The notes beneath the pieces are model-generated. The model was not told the origin of the DNA and ran no database searches. It worked only from the letters and a program-made list of their open reading frames with translations. From Yuukianura sp. NJ FZ-2021 (Eukaryota): a stretch of DNA of 64,000 nucleotides. Made by a program: the position numbers and the translations under genes. The DNA is taken from assembly GCA_046563655.1 (NCBI GenBank), contig CM102284.1:5952001-6016000 (forward strand), given 5' to 3'. Every line of letters starts with the position of its first letter. Within the stretch, counting starts at the first letter, position 1. Positions 48,701 to 63,339 of this stretch are shown here, piece after piece.

Positions 48701-50454
48701 ATGCCAAACACCTTGAAACTAATTTTAATTGTTCTATTGTTAACAACAATTAAAAGTGAGAGGGATGACGAAGACAATAGAAATGTAGATAGGATGGAGC
48801 TTCCCAGCAGTTCCCGTTGTGCTAAAGCACAATTAGACAAGGACAATGACAATTTGCAAGGGGTAACAGCAGGGCTGGATCTGGAGGCTAATTGCGATCA
48901 CGAGGCTGATGAAAACACTAAATATGCGTCTAAATATTCCAGTGACAGTAAGTTTTATGCAAAAATGTTTGCTCCAAACCAAAATTTGATGAAACTGCTG
49001 CATGAAATTCAAAAATTGGCAAATACTTTTATGATTTTCAGAAAAGAGTCAACAGTGGGAGGAGTGGAGACGCCTAATAGAAGAAGCTGAAGAGGAATAC
49101 GCTGCTAACGAAGGTCAAAGGTTGAATTGCAAAAATGGATCCTGCGATTGCTACCGATTTGTGATAGACAAAGATTTGACTCCATTCAGAAACGGAATTT
49201 CAAAAGAACTGATACAGAAAGCTCGTCCTAGGTCAGAAAATTACCGAAACCTCCATTTCAACTCAAACTAATTAAAAATTGCCAAAATTAAATAAAACTT
49301 TGAATTGAATTTGATTCTTACAGGGGTGTCCTGTACCAAATTGTGGATGGAAAACTTTACCGAGATGAAGATTGCAAGTTTCCTGCGCGATGTAACGGAA
49401 TTGAACATTTCCTGCTGGAAATCGTCAAGGATTTGCCAAACATGGAATTCGTGATCAACGTCTCCGACTATCCACAAATTCCAAATCTTGAGGGCTCAAA
49501 CCGACCTGTTCTTCCAGTATTTTCATTTAGCAAGGCAAGTATTCTGAAAACTTAAAACTGAAACAAGATTCGTTGGTAAACCGCCTATGTTTCGTTTTAG
49601 ACGAAGGATTTCCTGGACATATTTTATCCAGCATGGAGCTTTTGGGATGGCGGTCCCAGTATTTCCATTTTCCCAAGAGGATTGGGTCGCTGGGACTTGC
49701 TGAGAAAATCACTGATCAAAGCAAGCAAACAAAATCCATGGAACAAGCGGCCTAACCAAGCGTTTTTCATCGGCTCCAGAACTTCTGGTGAACGAGATCC
49801 ACTAATCCTGCTATCCAGAAAATTTCCTAACCTTGTCAATGCCAAGTACACAAAAAATCAAGCCTGGAAGTCTGATGCTGTAAGTTTTCAATTTCAGCCA
49901 CAATTGCAACTTATTTCGTCCCTAACAAAATTTCGTTCAATTTAGGACACCCTGTACGAACCAGCAGCAAAAGAAGTATCGCTAGAAGATCACTGCCAGT
50001 ACAAATACTTATTCAACTTCAGAGGTGTGAGTGCCAGTTTCCGGTTCAAGCATCTCTTTCTTTGCAAATCACTGGTGTTTCATGTGGGGTCAGAATGGGA
50101 AGAATTTTTCTACAGTGCCCTCAAACCATGGATCCACTATATCCCAGTCAACAAGGCCAGTACTGAAGAGGACCTAAAGTTAGTTAAATGCTGACCAAAT
50201 CAATTAATCAGGCTTGAAAGTTGCGCTGATTTGTTCCTATGTTTTCCAGATCGCTGATTGAATTTGTGCAATTCCACGACTCTACTGCGGAGAAGATAGC
50301 CATCCGTGGTTATAAATTCATTAAAGCCAATTTACGCCTTGGTCAAGTGAGCTGCTACTGGAGAGAACTGCTAACTGAATACGCTTCGCTACTTAACTAC
50401 AAGATTATACCTCGCAACGACTTGGTTCTCGTCTCAGGTCAACCAAAATTTTAA
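48701..50454 (+). CDS. rumi: Protein O-glucosyltransferase rumi/POGLUT1 (CAP10/GT90)
   Basis: Signal peptide; [110 protein letters not shown]. Confidence 0.95.
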
Positions 50455-50902
50455 GCTTTCGTTAACGCAGGTCAAAGCTAAATACAGGTCAACCTTACCT
50501 TGACCTCGATCGAACCACCTCTACATTTGTTCAAACTAAACTAATACTACATTCCAGCCGCAAAGTATCCGTTCCAAATACCTCAGTAGTTAATCGTACC
50601 TGTTTCTTCGTTAATTATGAAGAGATGAAATAAAATAGCAATTAACTATTTAATTACTTAAGTTAGATTTAACGAAAACGCCCGCCTAGCTTATTGTTAC
50701 AGCATTCTACATGTTGTCCCATACCCGAGTATAAGTGGACATGAGAAACTCAATGCGGGAGTGAAATGTGAAAAGGCAAAACTTACCGAAATAGGCTCCC
50801 TAATTGGTCTCATTCATTCGATTTTTGTTAATTTTTTGTAATCTAATTGTTGCCACTTTAAAATAGAGTATGAAAGTTAATTACTAATTAAATGCAATAG
50901 AT

Positions 50903-53066
50903 ATGGCAGGAAGTAGGGCCAATGTCATAGGGTTAGTAGGTGATGGGGTAGCAGAAGTATCAAGCAACTCATGGAGAACTAGCAGGGTAAGCTTAAATGA
51001 AACCCCGATTAACCGCAATCCATGATTAACGATTGTGTTTGTGGCTTTTTCTTACCTTAATTAGTAGGAGTACAAGTTTTTGAGTTGATTGGAGTTGTTT
51101 GGTGTAGCTTATCTTGGTATCCGTAACCGCCGGAGCTGCACTTGTTGGTGTGATGTCGTATTACTTTCGTCGCCGCAGAGCTGCTGCTGGTACGAAAAGA
51201 ATCAAAACTGAAAAACTTGGCAGAAGTATTGACGTTTTGGGCACTACTGCAACGACGTCAAAGAACACGAATTCCAGTGTAGGACGAAATAATAGTCCAT
51301 ATCCTGGCGGAGGAAAGAGTTTCGGAAGGTCATCAATTGCCTCGTCACGATTCACTGACACGACACTCGTTTCCAATTCAGTTCAGGATGGAGCTGTGGG
51401 ATCCACGGCGAATCTCGGCTTTACTCAACTCGGAGTACTTGGTATGCCTCCCTGTTTCAAAAAATGAGCACGTCATAAGAACTTCAATGTTAAATTGGCT
51501 ATGGCTTAACTTCCACTTTGATAATTCTAGGACTCGAATCTGTAGAAAAATCGATCCACTACTGGGAAAATGCCCTTGCTCTGCTCAAATCTTCAGCAGA
51601 TGATCTTCCAGAGGACGATAAAGTCCACAATCCCGACACCGAAAAAACGATTGCCCATTTGGGAAAAATACTGGAAGCGGCGTATACTCTTCAGAGACTG
51701 ACTGAAGACTTGTTCCTTCATGAGGTACGCAGCACTACGCTCAAAGTTGAAAGCCTAACCATAACGACATACTTGAATCTCAATTAACCAATTGTATTTT
51801 TTTAAAACAGAACTCTGTCCTTTATGCCGAAAGCGAGAAATCATTTAGACTTCGCACTGTTTCATCAGTAGAATCATTCATGTCTGCCGAGGATTTTCTG
51901 TCTGACGATGAAGACATCACTATGAGTCTTCAGTCGGTTAGATTCGAAGTCGGAAGTGGTTCGAAAAATATCATTTTTCCTTTATATGAGGCAGCTCTTC
52001 GATTAGTCGAAAACGGAACGGTACCTTACAGATCCTTGCGACAAACTGAACTCACAGGTAAAATTAACAACTTCGATGTTGAGCTATTACCGTAACTCTT
52101 TTGCTAATTCTGTGTTTGGTTTAAGGCTGCAAGTATGGAGATAACGAGTATCTAGCGAAGCTGCACTGCCTTCGAGGTGCTTTTAGTCGAATCGTATCTG
52201 AACCCCAGAAACGGAACTGGATTGCGAAAATTGGCAAAGAAGTGTTGACTCAAATTCTGATCAGAGCAGACAAGGATCCCAAAGAATTTGAACAATCCTA
52301 CGACACCTTTGTAAGTTGGAGTCAAGAACCTGGGAATTGGGCTCTCACTGAAACGGAACTCAAGGAACGGGGACTTCGAGCCCTTACGTTCTACGATATT
52401 GTTCTGGACTTCATCTTTTTAGACGCCTTTGAAGATCTGGAAGCTCCGGTAAGACTACTGCCACTGGCACTTTGATAACTTCATCACCTTCACCTTGAAT
52501 TTCTTTTCATTGTAGCCAGCATCAGTTCTCGCAGTCACGCAAAACCGCTGGTTGTCCAACTCATTCAAGGTAAGTTTGATTTCCGGTTCAGTCAGGCGCT
52601 TGTTATTTCTTCAAGTTCCTACGTTGGTCAGGTTAATTACTTTTCACTCTGATCATCTTTAGGAAACAGCTCTGAGCACTGCCGTTTGGTCCGTGTTAAA
52701 GACAAAACGAAGATGGCTGAGATATCCGAATGGTTTCGTATCACATTTCTATGACGTTTCCGAACAAATGATGCCGACTTTAGCTTGGGGATACTTAGGC
52801 CCTCCGAGTGAACTTCAAGACTTATGCATATTTTTTAAGGTAACACTAACAATACTTAATCTAACGCTGAACTTTTTGGAAATTTTGAAAAACTGAACGG
52901 AAATGTTTGGTTTCAGGATAAATTTCTGGCATTCCTGCAAGCAATCTTTTCATTTGACAAAGTCCGCTACACTTCCTTAGACAACTTGGCAGATGACGTT
53001 TACTCCCGCATGGGTGAAATGTATCACCTAGTCATTGAACGTTTAGAAGAAGAGAGAGAAACTTAA
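50903..53066 (+). CDS. Miga: Mitoguardin (MIGA/FAM73)
   Basis: N-terminal TM segment followed by YFRRRR; SVESFMSAED (FFAT-like); VPYRSLR; YLAKLHCLR; TFYDIVLDFIFLDAFEDL; VTQNRWLSNSFKETALSTAVWSVLK; PTLAWGYLGP. Confidence 0.93.
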
Positions 53067-53383
53067 TCAATCAGAGAATACTTTAACTTTTTCATTACAC
53101 TTGTTACTTGTATTTCTGATTCAATCTCATTCCTAACGCAATTCTCAGGTGAAAAGATGCGCCTGGAAGGAGTAGATTTGAGAAATACATGAAACATTGA
53201 ACAATTCCATATTACTCATTAACTTAACACTTTTTTATCATTAGTATAAAACCTAAACTCAAGATCAGATGCTACATTTACAAACTATCCTTGTTAGTAG
53301 TTTTAACCAGCTGACTTTACACTGGTCGCGTAGTACAATCGAAAATTCTCAATAAACAGACGAAACTTTTAAAAACTTACCTC

Positions 53384-54813
53384 CTATTGCTGTAAAGCAG
53401 CCTTCTCTTCTTCAGTTTGCTCCGATTCCTCTGACACGTTTTCTTGTTGCGTAGCTTTTGATCCTTTGGCCTTGTCACACCGTGGAATATGCTCTTGTAG
53501 GTTGATCTTGAATGCCTCAAATGTATTTGGTGTCTTGAGGAGACATTGAATGATGAACTCATCTATGGTTTTTCCAGCGACTCTTCTAGGAAGCGTATCA
53601 CTCAGTACGGATTCAAAATTTTGTTCTAATCCGGCGGCATCCATGTCCAACTAAAGATAGAATTAAAAAAAGTTCAGATTTTAGAACAGCATCAGCCAGT
53701 AATTTCGGTTTATTCATTCGCCCTTACCGTTCCAATAGGAGCGTCAATATACGCGTAATCCGGCTGTGTTGGGTTAGAAATTACACGTAACTTAAGGCCG
53801 GCTTTGAGACGCTTCACGGCGTCTGGAATATCCATACTGATTGTTCCATTTTTGAAGCTTGGGAAATTCTTTTTGATTAGGCCACGAATTGGAGTGATTT
53901 CCGTTAGAACCATAGGGTGACAAACAATGTATTCGTATTCGTTTGCACGTATTTGTCCTTGCTGGAATACCAATAAGTACTATTGGAATATAGAGTGATA
54001 AAAATGTTGTTTCACTGTAGACGAACCTGAATCTGCTTGATAACGTCAACAGTTCCAGCTATTTCAGCACCAGCGTCCAGTGTGCGCGCAATCTCCTCAG
54101 TGTCGTCGGGTAAAATGGCAATAATAGCTGGAACTGTCATTCCCGGCAATAAGAACGGGGCTTTCATTTCCACTTGTGACTTCCATCCATCCATGCATCT
54201 ATATTATAAGTCAATTACTTTAAAATCTAAGAACTTGAGGAGTTCCATCTGTGAAACATCTATACTTACTTTTGCGGTCTGTTGGGATAACGGAAATCCA
54301 TATCAATCCGCAGGATAAGTGGAGAGTTTGGCATGTTGTAGACAGTGGGATGATGAATTTCACGATGATTTTGCAACGCTTCTTGAAAAGTCCATTGTTT
54401 CGGTTGATACTTTCTGTAAAAGTAAACATCGTCTACAGGTAGTCGATAGTGCGATTTATCCATGGGACGTTTATCTGTCAGCACTTTGCTGAAAACATAA
54501 CAAACCAGGGGTTAAGCCGAAACAGTCATCCAGAAGCATGATTCAATATTGCTGGAAGAAATCAGTTTACTTACTATCTGTCTTCCTCCAATTTTTGCAA
54601 GAACGGTCGAATTTTCTGTTCAATTTTCTTCTTCCCCTTTGATTTGCGTTCTCGTGTCCCTTTCCTAGCACGTTCATCGACAGATGATAAGTGGATTGAT
54701 GCTGCTGGTCCACCAAATTTATAAGGGAGAACGGTTTTCACCGGCAATGTCAATCTCCAACTACATTGTCCAAACATTGAACGTACAGAGACAAACGAGC
54801 GTATTACCATCAT
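53384..54813 (-). CDS. mRpL1: Mitochondrial ribosomal protein L1 (uL1m)
   Basis: Presequence-like N-terminus; RARKGTRERK; PVDDVYFYRKY; HREIHHPTVYNMP; GAEIAG; PIRGLIKKNFP; APIGTLDMD...LEQNF. Confidence 0.9.
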
Positions 54814-54978
54814 CTTAATTCACTGCCGTGTCACTTAAACCCACAATTAACTTCCAACCTTCCAACTAAACTACCAACTAACAGAATTGAATTGAATTGA
54901 GTATGTTTTATCCAAAAACAGTGCAAAAAAAAGTTAAATTGAAAAAGACAAATGTAAACAAACCAAATTGTCCTAAAA

Positions 54979-55090
54979 TTTGAATCTTACAAAAAATTTT
55001 CGCGCGTTTGACAAAAAAAAATCGCATGTCTCAGTCTGCCCCGAAACTTGTTTTTTTTTTACTTTCGAAATTTTGGAGCCGGCGGGAACC
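54979..55090. promoter_or_regulatory. Candidate E2F/CHR elements in the divergent mRpL1-cyclin A promoter
   Basis: TTTGAA (CHR-like) at 54979, TTTTCGCGCG (E2F consensus) at 54997 and GGCGGGAA at 55081. Cyclin A is a known E2F/DREAM target in animals. Confidence 0.45.
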
Positions 55091-55471
55091 CAACGGCCAC
55101 ATCTCCAAGTCTTCTGTTTTTCTCCCGCTGTCCCGCTCTACTCCGTCCGACTTCCCTTCACTTTTCCTCCCATCTCACCCCCACATGAACCATCGCAATT
55201 TACGACTTTCTCGCTGTGATTCTTGGAGTAGAGGGTAGGATCGTACTTTGGGACCAACTTAGTTTTAGCCCTCCGAAAAAAGAGTCCCTCAGATATGGCA
55301 AACTTAGAAACTGCCAGATAACAAACTACCGACAAAATTTCAACGACAACAATATCAATAAAACGACAAAAACTGACGTACCGTATTTCGGAGGGCTAAC
55401 AATATATAGTAGGCCGACTACTATCCTACCCTCTACTCTTTGGGCATATAAAAGTGCACCAATTTTTTAAA

Positions 55472-55766
55472 GTCCAAAAATTTTTCAAAGTATAGAGTTT
55501 ATGCAATCAAACAACCTTTAAAATGACCTCTACGAAAGTTGTTCAGCTCGATGATAACATTATTTTTTGTCCTGCGACTTTGAAGGTCAAACGAAAAAGA
55601 AACTTTTCTCATACTTGTTGCTTAAACGATCGTTTTCATGATCCCGATGACCTCCGTGACCTCAAAAGGTCAAAATAATCCTCCAATCGAGCTTAACAAC
55701 TTTCGTAAAGGTCATTTTAAAGGTTGTCTAAAAGCATCAACTGTGTAGTTTGAAAACTTTCTGGAG
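55472..55766. mobile_element. Palindromic ~300-bp MITE-like element
   Basis: 55511-55552 (acaacctttaaaatgacctctacgaaagttgttcagctcgat) matches the reverse complement of 55686-55727 with 2 mismatches. The outer arms 55473-55505 and 55734-55766 also pair, more loosely. Confidence 0.75.
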
Positions 55767-56551
55767 TTAGAAAATCTTTGAAAAAGTGGGGCCGAACGGG
55801 TTGGTACAACTAACTAATTATTGCTGTAAAGTTTGTGCCACTCAATGAGAAATTACAACATTTGAGAACATGAATCAATATAGTGTCCCTCATACTTCGC
55901 GTTTTGCTACAAATGCCCCCGCTCAAAAAAGAAGATTCTTCTTTTTTCCTATCTCCTCTGCATTGGAGTTGAGAGAGAGGGAACCCGTCCCAACCTAGTT
56001 TGAGTGAGAGCGAGTGAACGAAAACTTGGTTGGGTCTCCTAACAAGTCCCGCTCGCTTTGCTGCACTGTGCAAATTGCACAAACTGAAACAAAACAAAAG
56101 AATCGTACAAAAAGGCATGACATAAGTCGGAAACGTAAGTTTTCAACAATTTAGCTTTATAAAAACGATATTTCTATCAAACGTTACTTTCTTTGCACTC
56201 AACATAATCATTTGAACAGGTTTAACGGACAACATCTTGGTACCACACTTAGAAACGGTAGTGTTGAAGGACTTAATGTTAATTGACCGGCAACGACAAG
56301 GAACAAAGGGTATCATACCAGTAAAACGTCAAGCTAGAAAGCGAAGTAAGTCAAGGTCGTCCCGCTACCACAACCGAACGGTACTTCAGCGATAGACAGC
56401 TTCTTTGTGTAACGTGTAACCGTCTTTTGCCGGATTATTTGGTGAGTCCTCAACGAACATCAACTAACTTTTGAAGACGTATGTTGTTTTTGTTTTTTTA
56501 GCATTAACTTTGTATGTTTTTCCAGGTCTGCAACCCGAAACCCATTCAATC

Positions 56552-58253
56552 ATGGCTGAGAATAGTCCAGTGAAGCAAGCAAGGGCATTTCATCCGTACG
56601 GCCGAATTAAATCACCGCTCAGACCATCACAACAGATACTGCCACCAACAACAACAACGAGCTTCAGCAGCATCACTTCGAAGATGAGCACAAACTATTT
56701 TTCATTTTCCGGAGGATCATCGTCTTTGTTTCCAAAGACATCAACAACTACTTCAACAAATTCTATACGCACTGCGATGTCAGAGATTTCTAGCATGGAT
56801 AATGGAAATACGCAGAAGCCACGCCCGTTCAGTATTCTTAACAGCACATTAGGCTTATTCGGCGCCGGAGCTAAACCTTCTGCTTCCATTTATAACATAT
56901 CAAAAGCTGACCCTGCTGGAGTGCCAAAACAGACTGAAAACAAAGGAACGACTGTGGGAGCAATCGGGTCAAGGCGTCCATTTGCTCCAATAACAAGCGG
57001 TAAACCGCTTCGCGGTACCGGTTTCATTCCAGTTCAGCGCTCTTTCAAAATATGGGGCGACACGGACTCGAATTCAAATTCAATGGAATTTGCTGATGAA
57101 GTCGTTCAACCAAAGGAGGAAGAGAAAAAGACTAGCACTGTCGTCGTCAAAACTGAAGAGATTCATCGTTCTAAATCAGTTCGGAAGAATTTGTTTCAGC
57201 AAGCGGCGGATCTCGAAGTTGAGCAGGCTCGACAACCCACGCGCGGAATTTTAACTGAACGAAAACATGCTCTCTACGACTACCCAGAGTATATTGAAGA
57301 TATTTACAATTACTTTCTGGACTACGAACGTCGGACACCCATCAAGGCTCACTACATGTCCCGACAGCAAGACATAACTCACGGCATGCGTTGCATCCTT
57401 GTGGATTGGCTGGTTGAAGTTGGACTGGAATATGGATTCGAGGAGGGAACGATCTTCATGGCTGTCGGATATGTTGACAGATTTCTGGGGAAAATGGCTG
57501 TGGCAAGAAACAAGTTACAACTGGTTGGAACTACTGCCATGTACATTGCTGCTAAATGTCAGGAGGTCGATGCTCCTGGAATTACCGACGTTGTTCACAT
57601 TACTGATGAAACTTATACCAAAGATCAGGTACTTGAAACTGTCAAAATTCAAAAACAAAAACACTTTGGAAAACGAGATTTCGTGTTTTTCAGATCCTAA
57701 TCATGGAAGGCATTATGTTGCGCACAATTCAGTTTGACCTTCTCATGCCCACCACTTACGATTTTTTACGCTGTCTTGGATCTCGTCTGTCGTTGAACTC
57801 TCAAGCCGTTTCCATTGCCATGTACTTGGCTGAGCTTAGCATGGTCGATGGAGAACGATTTCTTCGTTACAAGCCTTCCGTTATTGCAACTGCTTGCGTA
57901 GCTCTGACCCGTTATACTCTCGAGGTACTAAAAAGAAAACAAAAAATAGTAGGTTAAATTATAATAATAAATCTAATAATTAAAATAATTCTTATTAATT
58001 TTTGCGTTTTTTGCAGGACATTTTTTGGGACACTCGTCTCGAAAAACTTTCGCGTGTCAAGCATTCCGAAATTCGCCCAGTTTGTTCAGCTCTCCTGATC
58101 GTTTTCTATGACGCTCCTACGAAAGAATTGACTGCAGTTTATGACAAGTACAAATCCGTACGTTACAATTGTGTGTCATTTAGTTTGCTCAAGGCAACTT
58201 TGCCACCACTCGAATCCAGTACTAAACCATCTACGCCAGTTTTCTCAATTTGA
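56552..58253 (+). CDS. CycA: Cyclin A-like (somewhat divergent)
   Basis: Exons 56552-57628, 57694-57924 and 58017-58253. Motifs: YPEYIEDIYNY; YMSRQQDITHGMRCILVDWLVEV; KLQLVG; ITDETYT; AMYLAELSMVDGERFLRYKPS; AVYDKYKS. Confidence 0.92.
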
Positions 58254-59945
58254 GCTTCTTAATTAAGCAATTTATTTAATTTGGCGATTCGTTAATTACG
58301 CTTTACACACTTAACGTTCCTGTTTTTAATTTCGGATCTGCTCGTATTCCATTTGCATCTCTCGCTTATCCTTATGCTCGTCTGCCTGACCCGACCTTTG
58401 TCTGCACTTTGCTTGTTTGCTTGTTCAAGCTCCACTTTTAATATCTTGTTTTGACGGAGTCAGTTTATCCATATATTTTTTACCCCAATTGCCCTAGTTT
58501 TAGTTAATGAAGGACCTCATATTATATATTTTATTTTATACTTTTTGAATTTTGTTCCTTGACTATTACCTCAGAAGGTTGCATCTCCCATGGCCAATTT
58601 GCGTTTCATGATACTCAAAATAATACTAAAAAGTGGATTTTAGATTAAACACTTCGTACTTTACTGATGCCATGACCAATGACTTGTTTAAAAGTTCATT
58701 AATCTAGATGACATTATTAATTAGTTAAGTTCCCCATAGTAAGTATCGCATTTAAATTCTAAAAATTATACCCTCTAAAACCTACCTCTTCGTCTTCATA
58801 TTTTCTTTCCTACAAATTTTGTACGTTTCTTCAAAATCTTCAAAAGTTACCAATAAATAGAAAAAAAACGCGAAATATGTCAATCGATCCACGAAGTCAT
58901 ATTTTTTTTAGAATTTTGTCCAAGACAATTTTATTTTTTATTAATTTTTTTTTTCATTTTTGGGTTTTCTTTCTCACATACAATGTTTGCGTTCGCGGCT
59001 CGCGTATGTGATGGACTTTTAAACGTTATTGCATTTTTCATAATTTACCAAAAAAACAAAAAGCTACCGAAAGGCAAGACAATAATTTCAAGTTGCTTTT
59101 TCTGCTGGTTGTAAGAACCGTGTGTAAATTAGAGCTAGTACAATTTGTCAAAACACAAGTTTTCAAAAAACTTCGTTTTTCTTAATAACCACATGGAATC
59201 ACAAATTCTAGGTTTTTTTCATTATAGAGTAGAAATTGAGCCAATATTTTTTAGTTTTAAATAACACATTTGGAAAAATCCGAATTAACATCGCAAATTA
59301 TACATAAACAACAAAATTCCTTAAACTTTTCAATTTTTAGGAATAAATTGACAATGATCAAGATCAATGCTTAACATTTTAGTCATAAGTCCTTTCCGAT
59401 TTCGTCTCCCTTACAAAGTCCTTTTACTAAATCTAAACACTTATTACTAAAGGGGGTAATTAAATATATTAAAGTAAATAACAAATCTAAACTAGACAAC
59501 CAGGATTGTTCTTTTACAAAAAAAGAAAACGGGGATTTTGGTACTTTTTGGATCAATTCTGATTCTTCAAATTTCATTAAGGCTTTTTTAGTTTGACATT
59601 TCAAAATGTGAACTTGTAAATTAGTTAACAAGGCCTTTCTTAGCAGAATATTTAGAAATAATATATACTCATTGAAGGTATATTAATAAGGTCCATCACT
59701 TAATTCACTTCATAATGTGTACTAATAACAATGAAATCGAAATCAAGCCCTTTTCGACAAAAGAAACGAAAAAAGAAACGTTATTTTTTTTTGTAAAGGA
59801 GTTTAGAACAAACTCCTTTTCAATTTTCTGAAATTGCAAACTTAGAACGAAATTTTTTTTTGTCGATTTTTTTCTCTCTTTTTAGAATTAAATGGAAGTG
59901 TGTATTTAAAGGAGGAGATGAAAGAAAACGAAGAATAGTTTTCTT

Positions 59946-60272
59946 CTACAAATCCATTTCAAACAATTCGCTGTCTCCAGCAGAACGGGTTTGAGCAACT
60001 GAAGAGGTACCTTTCCAAAAACCCAAAAAATTAGACATTTCAAAATTTCTGACAAAATTTTTCCTTAAAATTGTAAAAAATTTAAAAATTCTTACAAGAA
60101 TTGTCGGGTGAAGCCTTTCGTTCTGCCAACTTGTGGATGTTGTTATTATCGCAGAGCCCAGACTTTGTTGGTGAAAATCCGGGAACAAATTGAATATTCT
60201 TTGGCGGTGTTTTAGCCATTGGAGAATTTCGCAATGCCATCAAAAAGTTCCGCTCATAAACTATCCGAGTTC
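59946..60272 (-). CDS. Thor: eIF4E-binding protein (4E-BP/Thor), last two exons; first exon presumably beyond the window end
   Basis: Exon 60272-60096 encodes GTRIVYERNFLMALRNSPMAKTPP, which carries the YxxxxL-phi eIF4E-binding motif and SP/TP phosphosites. A phase-1 join to exon 60010-59946 ends DSELFEMDL* (TOS motif). The ORF track does not show this spliced frame. Confidence 0.93.
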
Positions 60273-63200
60273 CTGTAAATAATCAAAAACAAAAAAAAAA
60301 ACATTAAACAGTGAGTACGTTTCATTCAAAAATTGAAAACCTGCATATATTTTCAAAATTTTGACTTTCAGATTTTAATTCATCGCTACACGAGGGCAGT
60401 AATGCTAAAAGTACATGTCCCTCTTGACCTTCCCTTGGATTCAAAACTTGAAAATTCACAACTTCCTGGAATCACATCAAATTATTCCATTTTTCAAAAA
60501 ATCATATTTTCTCTCACACAAATTCTAATTCAAAATCTCAACTTTCCATCATCTTCCAACCCCCGCGACTAAACTTTTATAAAAAAAAAAATTGTTGAAT
60601 ATTTTTCTATGAATGACGGAAATCCAAGAAAAACCATGAAAGTCATGTAACAACAAAAATTTAATAAAATCATCACTGAAAGGCCAGTTTGAAGGTCAAG
60701 GTTGTGTATACTAACTAAAAAGTAAAAACCTTCTAATATGGAATTTAGCAGCACGAATTTACAGATCAGGAACAGAAACCTGGTGCATTAATGCTCTTCC
60801 GCTCCCTCCCACCATCATCCCCACAACAAATCAAATGCTAAAATTTGACAAAAATCCAAACTTTCCAGCTTACTCATCACATTTTGATCTTTTTCTGGGA
60901 AATGTGAAATTGAAACACAAATTAAGCCTGATTTAAAATTGGAAATTCCAACAGAACCGTTACATAATTTGTGCACGTCGAACTCACATCTCATCAATTC
61001 GGGGGCGTATTTCAGAAAAAAAAAATACCAACATTGCAACTATCCAAATCTAATCATAGTTAAACCAACACAAACAACATCGCAAATTTACAGATCTAAA
61101 CAAGTATCCTATTTCTAATTAAACCTGACACTAAAACTTGATTAAATCAACCAACTCAGCATCAGCCGACAGATGAACTCTCTCAAATCAGCCACCAGAG
61201 AGTTCAAGGACTCGACTAAAAAGTTTGTAACTTTTATTTGACATCATAAATCAGTTCATCATCAATTCAAAATTAGTTTTCCAGACCAAAGTTGGTCCTG
61301 ATTTAATAACTTTTCAACTTTTAAAGTAGTTCATCCGTCAAACCCCGATATGACTTGATCAACAACTAAAACACAGTCGGTCATTGACTGATACATGGAC
61401 AAATTACAAAAGCACAAACACAAACCGAAACCACTTCTAAAAATTGTTGCCTCAAAAAACATATCTTAAAAAAACTCCCCCAATTAATCAAATTTTAACG
61501 ATTTTACACCAAATCTAAAAAAATGGTTTCACTTGTTAAATCGAAAAAATTGTTAAAAGTATATCTCACAAGAGTCAAAACAAAATGATGATGAGCACAT
61601 ACATCTAAAAACAGAAGCATCATCAATTCATCATACATGTTTTTTTTCCCTCCAATATGAAATTCAGCTTTTCGGTTTTTAAAACAACTAGACTTTTCGG
61701 GAATCAGATACAAAAAAAGCTTTCAAGTTCAACATCGCTCCAGATGGCTCCCAAATTCTAACTTCGTACTTTCAAAAACGACGCATTTTGAAAAACAAAA
61801 AACGAACTCAAAATTCAAAAACATCAAAATATTTACTACCATCTTAGTTAATTTATACGTTAAAAATTTAAATTAGCTTCCTTCTGTCATTGCCATTGAC
61901 TAAATTTCCAAAATTGGCCAAATCCAAACAAAGAATGAAGGAAACACATTTAATATGACAAATTGAATCATCTAAAGCCTTAATTATATTATGACTGACT
62001 TGTTTATGTACAAACAAAGGAGTGGGACGTTTCAGAAGCCAACACAAGTAAAATCTCTTCCTATTTTTCTACATTTGTCCTAATCTTGCCTACTTCCTGT
62101 AATTTCCATCATCCAGTTTTGTCTAGAATTACACTTTAACAAAGGAGTAATAAAAATTTAAAGTAAAAACTTCAGCACAAGACAAAAAACAAAACAAAAT
62201 TTTATGTCACACGAATCGCTCAAATTGTTTTTTCTAAATTCCTATTCTTAGCAACTGAATTTGAACAACCGAAAGCTAAAAACATGCCACCCGCCTCAAC
62301 TTTTTAATTGCAAAATTTAAAAACTCCTCCTAAGCTATTCTTGTCTCTTTTAAAATTGCCGAATTGTGAAAATTTAATTACATGCTCTAAAATTTAACAC
62401 TTAAAGTGCAAAGTTAGCACAAAACAATTAAATTGATCACGTTCATAAACAGTTTCAAAGTCATGGAGGAGCAAGTACAAAGGTCAACGGTTGTTAATAT
62501 ACAAAACCCAGCATGTCAATTGTCAAACCTTGCTCATCACAATTCACAAGAGGCTTAAAAGACAACAATCCCTGACGACGTGGAATTGATAACCAAAAAG
62601 AGTGCAAAATCAACAGATTATAGACAGATGACAGATGAAGTGTTCTAAATGTTCAAAAAATCACAAAATATCACCTCCACCAAATCATTTTTCGGAAAAT
62701 CCATTTCAATTTCAAATCTACCAAAATCGCAATTATACGCAAAAATTTTCGGAAATAGTCAACAAGTTCATTGATAACTTGTGACACCTAATTTCCAAGT
62801 TTTAGCAAAGATCTCTCCCATCTGCCATTTTTTACTAAAAATATTGGCAGTATGATCATGAGTCATGCTACCACTAACTACATAAATTGAATTATATTAG
62901 ACTGCTAATAGGGTGACGGATGCCGGAATCGGGTAAGCGACGAGCTTTTACTTTACACGAACAAAATAACCGCAAAATTACGAAGCGGGATGACTAATCT
63001 TAAATAAATTTTGCAAAGTGACAGATCCAGATCCAGTATGTGTCTCATCTCATAAATAAAAATGAACACAAAGTTGTCATTACGAATTTCAAATAACATT
63101 TTTTTTTTCAAAATCCAAAACTCCTTCACAAAAAGATGCTATCGTGTACATGTCATGTCAAATCTTATTACGCAACAAAGACCAAGACCAGCACGAGGTT

Positions 63201-63339
63201 TTCCAAATGCATGGAGAAACGCAGTGAAGCGATACGATATTACTACCCACATCCTTCCTATGGCAAACCAGAATCTAAATATTACAATGTCAGTAGATTT
63301 GCAAGTGGTGACCTTGATACTTAGGCAGTTTACTTTTAA

